Below, piece after piece: positions 28,672 to 38,359 of a stretch of DNA of 64,000 nucleotides (its first letter is position 1; every line of letters begins with the position of its first letter). Source of the stretch: Candidatus Altiarchaeales archaeon (lineage in GTDB: Archaea > Altiarchaeota > Altiarchaeia > IMC4 > SCGC-AAA252-I15); the NCBI GenBank assembly GCA_014727915.1, contig WJMO01000006.1, positions 416,001-480,000 of the forward strand, written 5' to 3'. The notes beneath the pieces were generated by a model that saw only the letters and a program-made list of their open reading frames with translations, did not search any database and was not told the origin of the DNA. The position numbers were made by a program, and so were the translations under genes.

Positions 28672-28758
28672 GAGATTTGAACTCGCGACACCTCGGTTTC
28701 TACGCATTCGAGTTTTTGCGCTTCAGCCGAGTGCTCTCCCAGTCTGAGCTACAGCGGC
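28662..28758 (-). tRNA. tRNA-Phe(GAA) with an intron of about 23 nt at canonical position 37/38
   Basis: GCCGCTG acceptor stem paired with CGGCGGC-A; D arm GCTCAGACTGGGAGAGC; anticodon stem CTCGG/CCGAG with CT-GAA-G; intron CGCAAAAACTCGAATGCGTAGAA; T loop GTTCAAAT; CCA not encoded. Confidence 0.93.
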
Positions 28759-28830
28759 GATTTGTGAATTGGCTGGAGTGTTATTTGTAGGTTTGTTTGG
28801 TATAAAAGTTTGTCATTCGGATATTTTAAC

Positions 28831-29586
28831 GTGGCTCGTCAGTTGGAGTTTTGGGACCGGCGAACAGGGGGGCACAGTGATGATGCGCTGCGCTTGATTG
28901 AGGAGTTGAGGGAAGGAAAGGTCGAGGACATGGGGCCCATAATGGATGGGGAGGCGATCGTCGGCCGGGAGTGGGTTTTCGGGATTGGAAAGAGCAGGGT
29001 TGCGTTGAGGATGCGAGTCGACAAAGAGGGGAGTAGTGGGGAGTCACCGGCTTATGTGTTCACAATGAGGGATGCAGTCAGGTATCCGATAGCCGAGGAA
29101 GAGGGCGGCCCATACAGGTTGTTGGTCGACAGGAAGGACGAAAGCCCTGTTGAGGTGCCTGTGATGTTCGCGGGAAGCATAAAGTTGAGGAGGGGAAGCG
29201 GTTGGGAGGGCAGCCAACAGCCGAACACATGGGACATGGAAGTCACCCTACCGAACGGCCTCAAAGATCTTGACGAAGACAAAGCCACCCTTTCAAGGGC
29301 CGCGTTAAAGAGGTTGGCTAACGTCTGCGATAGCAGGGCAAAGAAGATATGGGCCGGCACCGAGAGGAAGCCAGCCATAGTCTGCAGATACAGTGAAGAA
29401 AGCCCCGGGGGGGATGAACGAACGGAATTTCTCACCGATGTTCTTGGATTCAGGGAGATATATCGGCTTGGGGGTAGCCAGAAGGGCATGACAAGGGAGG
29501 ACGACATAGGCGACCAGGTGACGCTAATCTACAACCTGAACGTAGGACCTGATAGGAGGGGAAGGCCTCCGCAAAAACCGCGGTAG
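28831..29586 (+). CDS. Hypothetical protein (no recognisable family)
   Basis: Long ORF with host-like codon usage; GTG 28831 lies about 25 nt after TATAAAA (28801); basic Pro-rich C-terminus. Confidence 0.6.
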   Translation: MARQLEFWDRRTGGHSDDALRLIEELREGKVEDMGPIMDGEAIVGREWVFGIGKSRVALRMRVDKEGSSGESPAYVFTMRDAVRYPIAEEEGGPYRLLVDRKDESPVEVPVMFAGSIKLRRGSGWEGSQQPNTWDMEVTLPNGLKDLDEDKATLSRAALKRLANVCDSRAKKIWAGTERKPAIVCRYSEESPGGDERTEFLTDVLGFREIYRLGGSQKGMTREDDIGDQVTLIYNLNVGPDRRGRPPQKPR

Positions 29587-29590
29587 AAGT

Positions 29591-29848
29591 TTATTTTATC
29601 TCTGCTTTGGTGCCGACTGCCTGCCCTGGAAGGCCGGGGTTGAACTGGGCGAGGACCGCGCCCTTGCTGCCGTGGGGTTTGCTCACTTTCCCCGCCATCT
29701 TCTTCCCGGAGGAGGTGGTCCACTCAACGGTCTTGCCCACCAGCTTCTCAGCATCGTCCTTGCTTTTGCTGTCTTTGGGCTGGAGTATCATCTGATTCGT
29801 GTTCTGGGTCCTCCGACCACGCCTATAGTTAACGATAACAGCATCCAT
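29591..29848 (-). CDS. rpl35ae: 50S ribosomal protein L35Ae (eL33)
   Basis: NYRRGRRTQ..NQMI, LVGKTVEW, GKVSKPHGSKGAV.AQF..GLPGQAVG. Confidence 0.95.
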   Translation of the reverse strand: MDAVIVNYRRGRRTQNTNQMILQPKDSKSKDDAEKLVGKTVEWTTSSGKKMAGKVSKPHGSKGAVLAQFNPGLPGQAVGTKAEIK

Positions 29849-29961
29849 CTTGAGATCAAATGGGTTTTATTATAATGCAGAGGTAGTTTAAAAAGGGCTG
29901 GTAAGTGGCGTCTTTGACACTAACTCTTTTTTAAGCTCGTTTTCATAATCTAAAACCCACG

Positions 29962-30498
29962 ATGGAGGAGATACGCTTTCACGGGCGGGGCGGCCAGGGA
30001 GCCGTCACAGCCGCCATGATACTAGCCGTCGGGGCTTTCAAGGACGGCAAGTACACTCAGGCGTTCCCCAAGTTCGGAGTGGAGCGGCGCGGCGCCCCCG
30101 TGGAGGCGTTCACCAGGATTTCTGAGGATTTCATCAGGAGGAAGAGCCAGGTATACGAGCCCAATTACCTGGTCGTCTTGGACAGCACACTGTTCGGTGC
30201 CGTTGACATAACCGCCGGTTTGAAAGAGGGCGGCATGGTCATAGTCAACACCAACCAGAGCCCGGAAGACCTTGGGCTGAAAGGTTTGAACGTGAAGACA
30301 CTGGACGTTTCCAAACTCGCACTGGACATGCTAGGCAGGGACATCGTGAACACCGCCATGCTCGGAGCATTCGGGGGATTCACCGGTTTAGTATCGCTTG
30401 AAGGGCTGTTCGCTGGCGTAGACGAGCACTTCTCAGGGTCGCTGGCGGAGAAGAACAAGAAACTCGTGGAAGAGGTTTACAATCAATCGAAAAAATAA
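29962..30498 (+). CDS. porG: Pyruvate/2-oxoacid:ferredoxin oxidoreductase gamma subunit
   Basis: [31 protein letters not shown]. Confidence 0.93.
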   Translation: MEEIRFHGRGGQGAVTAAMILAVGAFKDGKYTQAFPKFGVERRGAPVEAFTRISEDFIRRKSQVYEPNYLVVLDSTLFGAVDITAGLKEGGMVIVNTNQSPEDLGLKGLNVKTLDVSKLALDMLGRDIVNTAMLGAFGGFTGLVSLEGLFAGVDEHFSGSLAEKNKKLVEEVYNQSKK

Positions 30499-30499
30499 G

Positions 30500-30796
30500 A
30501 TGGTCGACATAGGCAAGAAGAAGGTCGGGGACGTGGAGGTCACAACCGGTTGCGTGCTACCCAGCGACGGGAGCACCCAGAAGAACAAAACCGGCGGATG
30601 GAGGGCACTGCGTCCTGTTACGGACCATGAGAAATGCACCGCCTGCGGCATATGCTGGGTGTACTGCCCGGACGCCTCGCGGATGAAATCGGACGACGGC
30701 AAATACGACTATGTTGAAGACTACTGCAAAGGGTGCGGGATATGCGCGGACGTGTGCCCCGTCAAATGCATCGAGATGGTGGTGGAAGAGAAATGA
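30500..30796 (+). CDS. porD: Pyruvate/2-oxoacid:ferredoxin oxidoreductase delta subunit
   Basis: KTGGWR..RP, CTACGICWVYCP, YCKGCGICADVCP (2x[4Fe-4S]). Confidence 0.93.
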   Translation: MVDIGKKKVGDVEVTTGCVLPSDGSTQKNKTGGWRALRPVTDHEKCTACGICWVYCPDASRMKSDDGKYDYVEDYCKGCGICADVCPVKCIEMVVEEK

Positions 30797-30887
30797 CCGT
30801 CAACTTCACAGGCATGTCAGGGTGGCTAAGCGAAGCGCGCGCCGCCCATTTTGATGAAACTTTTGGAAAAGTTTCGGTGGAGGAGAA

Positions 30888-32060
30888 ATGAAGGACGTGA
30901 TGGAGGCAAGCCATGCCGTGTCAGAGGCTGTGAAAGCCATCGAACCCGACGTAATAGCAGCCTACCCTATAACCCCGCAGACGCACATTGTCGAGCGGAT
31001 CAGCGAGTTCGTCGCCAACGGCGAGATAAAATCAGAGTACATACGGGTTGAGAGCGAGTTCAGCGCCATATCAGCCTGCCTCGGAGCTTCAGCCGCTGGG
31101 ACCCGGGCCTACACGTCAACTTCCTCCCAGGGGCTGGCGTTGATGCACGAGGTACTGTTCATAGTCTCGGGCATGAGATTGCCAGTGTGCATGAGCGTCG
31201 TGAACAGGGCTTTGAGCGCGCCCATCAACATATGGAACGACCACCAAGACAGCATATCAGAGAGGGACACCGGGTGGATACAGTTGTACGTTGAGACCGC
31301 GCAGGAAGCCTATGACATGACCATCATGCAGCACAGGATAAGCGAAGACCCGAGGGTACTGCTTCCGTCGATGGTGTGCATGGACGGATTCACACTATCG
31401 CACGTTTACGAGGCAGCGGACATACACGACAAGAAGGACGTGGACTCGTTCCTGCCAAAGTACAAGCCGGTTCATGCGGTGTTGGACCCGAAGGAGCCAT
31501 TGACGCAGGGGCCCATCGGATTTCCAAGCCACTATATGGAGTTCAGGAGCGAACTATGCAAGGCAATCGACGGTTCGCTCGACGTCATCGAAGAGGTCAT
31601 GAAGGATTACAGCAAGAAATTCCCCTGCACCATCGAGAACTCAAGACCCAAGGAATACTACCACGTGGAAGAGCACAGGATGGAAGACGCGGACGTGGTG
31701 TTAGTCGCCATGGGATCCGTATGCGGCACCATAAAGGTCGTCATAGACGAGCTAAGGGAGAAAGGAGTCAAGGCGGGTTTGTTGAAGCTCATAACCTACA
31801 GGCCGTTCCCGGCCGAACTGCTGAAGGAAAAGCTCAAGGGTGCGGGCAAGGTCGCCGTAGTCGAGAAGGCACTTTCTCCGGGTCTTGGAGGCCCATTGTA
31901 CCATGAGATATCCTCCGCCCTATACGAGTGCGAGGAAAGGCCTGAACTGAGGAACTTCATCGTGGGCTTGGGCGGGAAGGACGTGCGGCTCGACCATGTC
32001 GAGAAGATCATAGACATGACAATGAAAGGCGAAGGAAAAAGGGAGGAGTGGATGTTCTAA
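30888..32060 (+). CDS. porA: Pyruvate/2-oxoacid:ferredoxin oxidoreductase alpha subunit
   Basis: AAYPITPQT, VESEFSA, TSSQGLALMHE, NRALSAPINIWNDH, DGFTLSH. Confidence 0.94.
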   Translation: MKDVMEASHAVSEAVKAIEPDVIAAYPITPQTHIVERISEFVANGEIKSEYIRVESEFSAISACLGASAAGTRAYTSTSSQGLALMHEVLFIVSGMRLPVCMSVVNRALSAPINIWNDHQDSISERDTGWIQLYVETAQEAYDMTIMQHRISEDPRVLLPSMVCMDGFTLSHVYEAADIHDKKDVDSFLPKYKPVHAVLDPKEPLTQGPIGFPSHYMEFRSELCKAIDGSLDVIEEVMKDYSKKFPCTIENSRPKEYYHVEEHRMEDADVVLVAMGSVCGTIKVVIDELREKGVKAGLLKLITYRPFPAELLKEKLKGAGKVAVVEKALSPGLGGPLYHEISSALYECEERPELRNFIVGLGGKDVRLDHVEKIIDMTMKGEGKREEWMF

Positions 32061-32061
32061 G

Positions 32062-32976
32062 ATGGCCATACTAGGATTGGACGAGAAGGAGTATTTCGCC
32101 CGCGGGCACAGGGCATGCGCAGGATGCGGGGAGGCACTGGCCCTGAGGCTGGCCATGAAGGTGGCGGGCGAGAACACGGTCGTGGTCCAGTGCACAGGCT
32201 GCATGGAAGTGGTGTCCACACCCTACCCTGAGACCGCATGGGAGGTCCCATGGGTCCACGGAGCCTTCGAGAACAACGCCTCAATAGCATCAGGGGTCGA
32301 GAGAGCATTAAAGGTGCTCGGCAAAGAGGACGTGAACGTCATGGTCTTGGGAGGCGACGGAGGAACCTACGACATCGGATTCAGAGGACTCTCAGGCGCC
32401 TTCGAGAGAGGCCACAACATAACATACATTTGCACAGACAACGAAGCCTACATGAACACGGGGATACAGCGTAGCGGGGCGACACCATACGGGGCGTCAA
32501 CCACCACGTCCCCGGCAGGGAAGGTCATACCGGGGAAGGAAGAGCAGAAGAAGGACCTGGTAAGCATAATCGCGGCTCACGGGTCGCCTTATGTGGCGAC
32601 CGCGTCGGTCGGATACCACGCAGACCTCGTTAGGAAGGTGAAGACCGCGTTGGAGACGAAGGGGCCGACGTTCGTCAACATATACAGCCCCTGCGTGCCG
32701 GGTTGGAGGACCGACCCAGCCAAGAGCATCACAATCGCCAAACTAGGAGTGGAAACCGGGGCAACACCATTGTTCGAGATAATAGACGGGAAGCACGTTC
32801 TGAACATGCCCCAGAACCCGGAGAACCTCAAACCAGTGGAAGAATACCTGAAGCTCCAGGGAAGGTTCAGGCACCTGTTCAGGCCGGAGAAGAACGAGGA
32901 AATACTGTCATCCATAGAGGCGCACGCCAAAGAGAACCTTAAGAGGATAAAGGAGCTCGCGGAAAAGGGCTGCTGA
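32062..32976 (+). CDS. porB: Pyruvate/2-oxoacid:ferredoxin oxidoreductase beta subunit
   Basis: GHRACAGCG, TGCMEV, GGDGGTYDIG, DNEAYMNTGIQRS, SPCVPGW. Confidence 0.94.
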   Translation: MAILGLDEKEYFARGHRACAGCGEALALRLAMKVAGENTVVVQCTGCMEVVSTPYPETAWEVPWVHGAFENNASIASGVERALKVLGKEDVNVMVLGGDGGTYDIGFRGLSGAFERGHNITYICTDNEAYMNTGIQRSGATPYGASTTTSPAGKVIPGKEEQKKDLVSIIAAHGSPYVATASVGYHADLVRKVKTALETKGPTFVNIYSPCVPGWRTDPAKSITIAKLGVETGATPLFEIIDGKHVLNMPQNPENLKPVEEYLKLQGRFRHLFRPEKNEEILSSIEAHAKENLKRIKELAEKGC

Positions 32977-33055
32977 AGCTATGTTTTTTAAGGTATGGTT
33001 TCAATAGTAATAGACGTTTACGTTTGTTTTTTACTACGTAAGTGGGGTGTAACTG

Positions 33056-34201
33056 ATGGATTCGATAGTCCAGGAAGCGATTAACAAGGCGAATGCGGGA
33101 GGCAGTGAAAGTACAAGCAGACAAGGTCCCCAGGGCAGAGGCTCCGACAGCGATGAAGAGCTGCGGAGGATAGTCGAAGGGATCAAGACTTCAATAAAGG
33201 TTGTGGGCTGCGGAGGAGCAGGCTGCAACACCATAGACAGGCTGTTGGACATGGGCGTGGAAGGCGGCGAAGTCATAACAGTAAACACTGACGCACTGCA
33301 CCTACTGTACTCAAAGGCCCCCAGCAAGATACTCATAGGCACCAGCGTGACAGGCGGTGTGGGAGCAGGCAACGACCCGGAGATAGGGGAACAGTGCGCT
33401 GAAGCAGATGTTGACAAGATATCAAGCGCATTGCAGGGCGCGGACCTTGTTTTCGTGACCTGCGGCCTGGGCGGAGGCACCGGAACAGGCAGCGCCCCGG
33501 TAGTCGCTGAAATCGCCAAGGAACTGCAGGCACTTACAATAGCGATCGTTACACTCCCGTTCAGCGTGGAAGGGCATGTTAGAGCAGAAAACGCGCTTAA
33601 AGGCCTTAAGAAGCTGAGGAAATACGCGGACACAGTGATAGTCATACCCAACGACCGGCTCTTGGACATAGCACCCAACCTGCCGTTGAACGCCGCTTTC
33701 AAGGTCGCGGACGAGCTGTTGAGCAACAGCGTCAAGGGAATAACGGAGATGGTCACCAAGCCAGGACTGGTCAACCTGGACTTCGCGGACGTCCGCGCAA
33801 TCATGAAGGACGGCGGGACAGCGATGATAGGCTTGGGCGCCTCATCAAAGGACACGTCAATGGAGGCGAGGAGCAGGGAGTCCGTCGAGAAGGCGCTGAC
33901 ATCGCCGCTGCTGGACACGGACATAAGCAACGCCGTGGGAGCGCTGATAAACATCATAGGCTCGAGGGACATGACACTGGAGGAGTCCGAGGAGATCGTG
34001 AGGATAGTCTCTGAGAGGATAAGCCCCGACGCAGAGATAATATGGGGGGCCCAGATCGAGGAAGGCCTCGAGAGGAACGTCATAAAGACGCTGCTTATTC
34101 TGTCGGGAGTCAGCGTCCCAGGCTACGAGGAGGAGCTTGAGGACAAGGTCGAACGGCATGAGGGCAAGGGAGGCGCAGACATAGGGTTAAAGAGCCTCTG
34201 A
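33056..34201 (+). CDS. ftsZ: Cell division protein FtsZ
   Basis: [32 protein letters not shown]; lies upstream of secE-spt5-rpl11. Confidence 0.97.
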   Translation: MDSIVQEAINKANAGGSESTSRQGPQGRGSDSDEELRRIVEGIKTSIKVVGCGGAGCNTIDRLLDMGVEGGEVITVNTDALHLLYSKAPSKILIGTSVTGGVGAGNDPEIGEQCAEADVDKISSALQGADLVFVTCGLGGGTGTGSAPVVAEIAKELQALTIAIVTLPFSVEGHVRAENALKGLKKLRKYADTVIVIPNDRLLDIAPNLPLNAAFKVADELLSNSVKGITEMVTKPGLVNLDFADVRAIMKDGGTAMIGLGASSKDTSMEARSRESVEKALTSPLLDTDISNAVGALINIIGSRDMTLEESEEIVRIVSERISPDAEIIWGAQIEEGLERNVIKTLLILSGVSVPGYEEELEDKVERHEGKGGADIGLKSL

Positions 34202-34265
34202 AACGCGGTATGAGCGTTTTAGGGAGGTTTTTATACCCTTACTTCCTTATAGTTGGAGTCAGAGT

Positions 34266-34430
34266 ATGATAGCTAAGGCCATCAGCGAGACACGGAGGAT
34301 ACTGAGGCTAACGAGGAAACCCAAGTCCTCTGAGTTCAACGAGAGCAGCAAGATATGCGCGGCAGGCATACTCTTGACAGGATTCGTAGGATTCATAATA
34401 TTCCTGATTTTCAGGGTATTATTCGACTAA
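34266..34430 (+). CDS. secE: Protein translocase subunit SecE/Sec61-gamma (absent from the ORF track)
   Basis: MIAKAISETRRILRLTRKPKSSEFNESSKICAAGILLTGFVGFIIFLIFRVLFD*; conserved ftsZ-secE-spt5 order. Confidence 0.93.
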   Translation: MIAKAISETRRILRLTRKPKSSEFNESSKICAAGILLTGFVGFIIFLIFRVLFD

Positions 34431-34431
34431 A

Positions 34432-34941
34432 ATGAGCGAGAACCCGAAGATATACGCTGTGAAGGCGACCGCCGGCCAGGAGCGCGTGGTAGCCGAGCTC
34501 CTATACCGGGAGGCCAACAACAAGAGAGACATGATAAAGGCCGAGGGAGGCGCCATATACAGCGTACTATACACCACCGGACTTAAAGGATATGTTCTGG
34601 TGGAGGCGAACAGCCCGGGCGTAGTGGACGACCTCGCGAGAGAGGTTCCTAAGACAAGGGGTCTGCTATTGAAGGAGAAGGGCAACCTGGAGAGCGCCGG
34701 GATAATACCCATCGAAGACCTGGAGAAAACACTGACTCCGACTTCGATAGTCTCTGAGGTGTCTCGCGGAGACCTGATAGAGCTGATAGCCGGCCCGTTC
34801 AAGGGTGAGAAGGCCAGGGTCGCCAGGATAGACAAGGACAAGAACGAGATAACGGTAGAGTTGATCGAAGCCGCCGTCCCCATACCGGTGATAGTGAGCG
34901 GAGACGACATCAAAGTGTTGGTGAGGGAGAAGGATGACTAA
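34432..34941 (+). CDS. spt5: Transcription elongation factor Spt5/NusG
   Basis: T.GQE..VA, KGYVLVEA, KOW motif GDLIELIAGPFKGEKARV. Confidence 0.95.
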   Translation: MSENPKIYAVKATAGQERVVAELLYREANNKRDMIKAEGGAIYSVLYTTGLKGYVLVEANSPGVVDDLAREVPKTRGLLLKEKGNLESAGIIPIEDLEKTLTPTSIVSEVSRGDLIELIAGPFKGEKARVARIDKDKNEITVELIEAAVPIPVIVSGDDIKVLVREKDD

Positions 34942-35596
34942 GAAGGAGACAGTCAAGATACTGGTCGACGGCGGAGCCGCCACCGCAGGACCGCCGCTAG
35001 GCCCAGCACTGGGCCCCATGGGAGTAAACGCCCAGAAGGTGGTCGAAGAGATCAACAAGGCCACGGAATCGTTCAAGGGCATGAAAGTCCCTGTGGAGGT
35101 CATAGTGGACCCCAGCACCAAGGAGTTCGAGGTCAAGATAGGCAGCCCGCCAACGTCAGCCCTACTGCTAAAGGCACTGGGCGCTGAGAAGGGAAGCGGA
35201 TCAAAGGACGCGACCGGCGACCTGAGCTTCGACCAGGTCCTGGAAGTGGCCAAGGGCAAGCAGGGCAGCATACTAGCCAACAGCCTGAAAGGGGCTGTGT
35301 TGGAGATCGTAGGCACCTGCCAGAGCCTCAACATCACAATAAACGGTTTGACCCCTAAGGAGATGACAGCCGCCTTGAAGGAGGGCAAGCTGGACGACTA
35401 CATCTCAGGCAAGACCGACAAGCTACCAGCACTAACACACCACGAGGAGGAGAAGGTAAAGATCGTGGGCATGGAAGAGAGGAAACCCGAGGAGAAACCA
35501 GCAGAGGAAGAAGGGGAGACGAAGGAGGGGGAAACCCCGGAAGAAGGTAAGGAAAAGGACGATAAAGCCCCAGAGAAGGGGGAAAAGAAGGGATAA
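34934..35596 (+). CDS. rpl11: 50S ribosomal protein L11 with charged C-terminal extension
   Basis: GGAATAGPPLGPALGP, F.GMKVPV, PPTSALL, EIVGTC. Confidence 0.95.
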   Translation: MTKKETVKILVDGGAATAGPPLGPALGPMGVNAQKVVEEINKATESFKGMKVPVEVIVDPSTKEFEVKIGSPPTSALLLKALGAEKGSGSKDATGDLSFDQVLEVAKGKQGSILANSLKGAVLEIVGTCQSLNITINGLTPKEMTAALKEGKLDDYISGKTDKLPALTHHEEEKVKIVGMEERKPEEKPAEEEGETKEGETPEEGKEKDDKAPEKGEKKG

Positions 35597-35671
35597 TTTT
35601 TAAAGGAGTATTACGTAGTGTTTTAAGCCCGTTTCACCAGCCGGCTCTATCTGGCTGGGAGGGAGCAAACC

Positions 35672-36301
35672 ATGGAGAAGGATCAGATAAAACCCAAGAT
35701 CGAGGACGCACTGTCCAAGAGGACAGAGCGAAAGTTCAAACAGTCAGTTGAGGTGATATTCAACTTCTCCGACGTCAACGTCGAAGGAGAGCACAAGCTG
35801 AACCTAAACGTCCAACTGCCAAGGGGAAGGGGGAAGGACGTTGAAGTGGGTGTCTTCGCCGACGGCGACATGAACGTGCGCGCCAAGAAGGTGAGCAAGC
35901 ACGTACTCAGCAAATCCGAACTGGAGGAATACGCGAAAGACAAGAGAGAGATGAGGAAGTTCGCGGGCAGATGCTACAGTTTCATAGCCCAGCCGGACCT
36001 GATGGCAACCATCGGTAAGTCCTGGGGCATCGTGTTGGGCCCGAGGGGCAAGATGCCCCAGCCGGTACCGCCCAACGCGAACATCGACGATGCCATGGAG
36101 AAGGTCAAGAACACCGTCAGGGTAAAGACCAAGAAGATGCCTAACGTCCAGGTTCCCGTGGGAACGGAGGACATGACCCCGGACGACCTTGCGGAAAACA
36201 TAATGGCCGTTTACACGGCAGTAGAGCGTGTGATACACGTCGACCATATTTCCTCGGTATATGTGAAGACGACCATGGGGGAGGCGGTGCAGATATGGTA
36301 G
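35672..36301 (+). CDS. rpl1: 50S ribosomal protein L1
   Basis: RKFKQSVE, LGPRGKMPQP, VGTEDM, LAENI, VKTTMG. Confidence 0.95.
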   Translation: MEKDQIKPKIEDALSKRTERKFKQSVEVIFNFSDVNVEGEHKLNLNVQLPRGRGKDVEVGVFADGDMNVRAKKVSKHVLSKSELEEYAKDKREMRKFAGRCYSFIAQPDLMATIGKSWGIVLGPRGKMPQPVPPNANIDDAMEKVKNTVRVKTKKMPNVQVPVGTEDMTPDDLAENIMAVYTAVERVIHVDHISSVYVKTTMGEAVQIW

Positions 36302-37347
36302 CCCCCTGGAAGAAGGACATGGTAAAGGAGGCGGCCAAGAGGATAAAATCCCGCAAGGTAGTGGGAGTAGTCAAGATCAGCGGCGTTCCATCAAAGCAGA
36401 TGCAGGACATGAGGAAGAAGCTCAAAGGGGACGCGGACATCATAGTCTCAAGGAGCACCATATTGAAGAGGGCCCTGGAGAAGGCGGGTGTGAAGGGCCT
36501 GGAAGAGTATCTTAAAGGCCCCTCAGGGCTTATATTGTCGGACCTCAACCCGTTCCAGCTTGAGAAGCTGCTTTACAGCAACAGATCAAAAGCCCCAGCA
36601 AAGCCGGGGAACATCGCACCATACGACCTAACAGTCCCCGAGGGTGACACTGGACTGCCTGCGGGGCCGGTGATCGGAGACCTCCAGGGCGCGGGAGTGA
36701 AAGCCAAGATACAAGGCGGGAAGATCATGGTGACCGAGGATTCTCTTCTCGTAAATGGGGGTGATCCCGTTAACGAGAAGGTCGCGACCGTGCTCGCGAG
36801 GCTCGGCATCGAGCCCATGGAGATCATGCTCAAACTTAACGCCGCCCACGAGGACGGAACGGTATACTCCGGTGACGTCCTGCACATCGACGAAGCTGAG
36901 ACGCTCGCCAGATTCCAGGACGCCCACAGGAAGGCGTTCAACCTCAGCTACCACGCGAGGATATTCAACAAGCACGTGGTCGAGGTGCTGCTGACCGAAG
37001 CCGTCTGCAACGCCAGGAACCTTATGGTGAACGCGGAGATAATCAACAAGGACACCATCGAGCTCTTCCTCGGTAAGGCGGACGCCCACGCCAAAGCATT
37101 GAGGAGCGCACTGCCCCCGGAGGCCTTCGACGGAAAGAAAGAAGAAGCTCCAGTTGACGGGAAGAAGGAGGACGCTCCGGCAGAAGAGAAAGAGACAGCG
37201 GCTGAGGAAAAGAAAGAGGAAGCTCTGGCAGAGGATAAAAAGGAGGATAAGCCAGCCGAGGAAAAGAAAGATGAGTCCCCGGATGCCGACGAGAAACCCG
37301 ATCCCCCAGAAGAAAAGCCAGCCGAACCCGAGAAAAAAGACGAGTAA
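36295..37347 (+). CDS. rplP0: 50S ribosomal protein L10/P0
   Basis: VAPWKK, QMQDMRKKL, NPFQL, APAKPG.IAP.D..VP.G.T, L.RLGIEP; three stalk helices; acidic tail. Confidence 0.95.
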   Translation: MVAPWKKDMVKEAAKRIKSRKVVGVVKISGVPSKQMQDMRKKLKGDADIIVSRSTILKRALEKAGVKGLEEYLKGPSGLILSDLNPFQLEKLLYSNRSKAPAKPGNIAPYDLTVPEGDTGLPAGPVIGDLQGAGVKAKIQGGKIMVTEDSLLVNGGDPVNEKVATVLARLGIEPMEIMLKLNAAHEDGTVYSGDVLHIDEAETLARFQDAHRKAFNLSYHARIFNKHVVEVLLTEAVCNARNLMVNAEIINKDTIELFLGKADAHAKALRSALPPEAFDGKKEEAPVDGKKEDAPAEEKETAAEEKKEEALAEDKKEDKPAEEKKDESPDADEKPDPPEEKPAEPEKKDE

Positions 37348-37428
37348 AAACTATTTGGGTTTTTCTTCAAATAATTTATAAAAATTTTCTATTTGTTTTA
37401 ATTCTCGTGTTTCCCCAAGTTTTAACAT

Positions 37429-38043
37429 ATGCCGGAGACAGTATACCGTATGATCAACTGCACCAGCCTGGTGGGTAACATCTGCGGCCGGGGAGAGGAC
37501 GCGCTACTCTACCTCGCAGACGAAGTCCGGAAGAGAGATGGCAGCCTCCCAGGTGACGGCATGTTCGGGCTTATGGGATTCGAACGGGATAGGGTAGAGT
37601 TGAACGTGGAGGAGGGCAGGAAAGCCGACGCCATGGTGACGAACACCATCTTCTACAGGTGCCCGGCAGCTTATGTTGCAATACCACGCCAGGAAGTTGG
37701 AGGATCAGGTGTTGGATTGAGCGTGTACCTGAACCGGCCCAGAACGGGGAGGAACCTGGAGAAGATATGCGACATAGCCAGCGAGGAAGTAGAACGCATA
37801 TGGGACGCTGGTGACCTCAACCCTGATTTCGCAGAGCGTGTTAAGCAAGGACCGGTCTACCACCGGGATGGGGACAGCATGGTAAGGTTCAGGCACAATA
37901 GAAAGGGAGAGCAGAGACCACAATCGACGGAAACATTAAAGGAAGACGTGATAACAGAGGAGCGGTGGACGTTGGATGGGAGGGGAGGGGCGACCATCAC
38001 CCTGAAATCATACACGCCGGAAGGCAGGAGAAGACAGGGATAA
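37429..38043 (+). CDS. Hypothetical protein
   Basis: 204-aa ORF with host-like codon usage after an AT-rich terminator/promoter region; no motif recognised. Confidence 0.6.
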   Translation: MPETVYRMINCTSLVGNICGRGEDALLYLADEVRKRDGSLPGDGMFGLMGFERDRVELNVEEGRKADAMVTNTIFYRCPAAYVAIPRQEVGGSGVGLSVYLNRPRTGRNLEKICDIASEEVERIWDAGDLNPDFAERVKQGPVYHRDGDSMVRFRHNRKGEQRPQSTETLKEDVITEERWTLDGRGGATITLKSYTPEGRRRQG

Positions 38044-38044
38044 T

Positions 38045-38359
38045 ATGGACTACATAGACGGATTCGGGTGGATAGGGATAACGTTGCTTGCGTTGATGTT
38101 AGTATACAGGCTTCTTCAGAGGATACTATTCACCCCCGAGGACGAGTTCGTGCCTGATGGATTGCTGGTCTGCCCCGCATGCGGGAGCAGGAACATATCA
38201 GGCCTGAAACACAATAAAAACTGGCTGAAACGGTTCGGGCCCATAATGGGAGTGTACACGTGCCAGGACTGCGACTACGACGGCCTGCCCCTGCAGGTGA
38301 ACACTGAAAGGGACCAGCAGCTTTTGGAGGACATGAAAAAGGATGAAGATAGAGTTTGA
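38045..38359 (+). CDS. Small membrane-anchored Zn-ribbon protein
   Basis: N-terminal TM; CPACGS...YTCQDCDY. Confidence 0.7.
   Translation: MDYIDGFGWIGITLLALMLVYRLLQRILFTPEDEFVPDGLLVCPACGSRNISGLKHNKNWLKRFGPIMGVYTCQDCDYDGLPLQVNTERDQQLLEDMKKDEDRV

Noticed and set aside
28590-28691. 5' extension of ORF 28392-28691
   Set aside because: It overlaps the tRNA-Phe 3' end and hairpins; ATG 28589 is more plausible.
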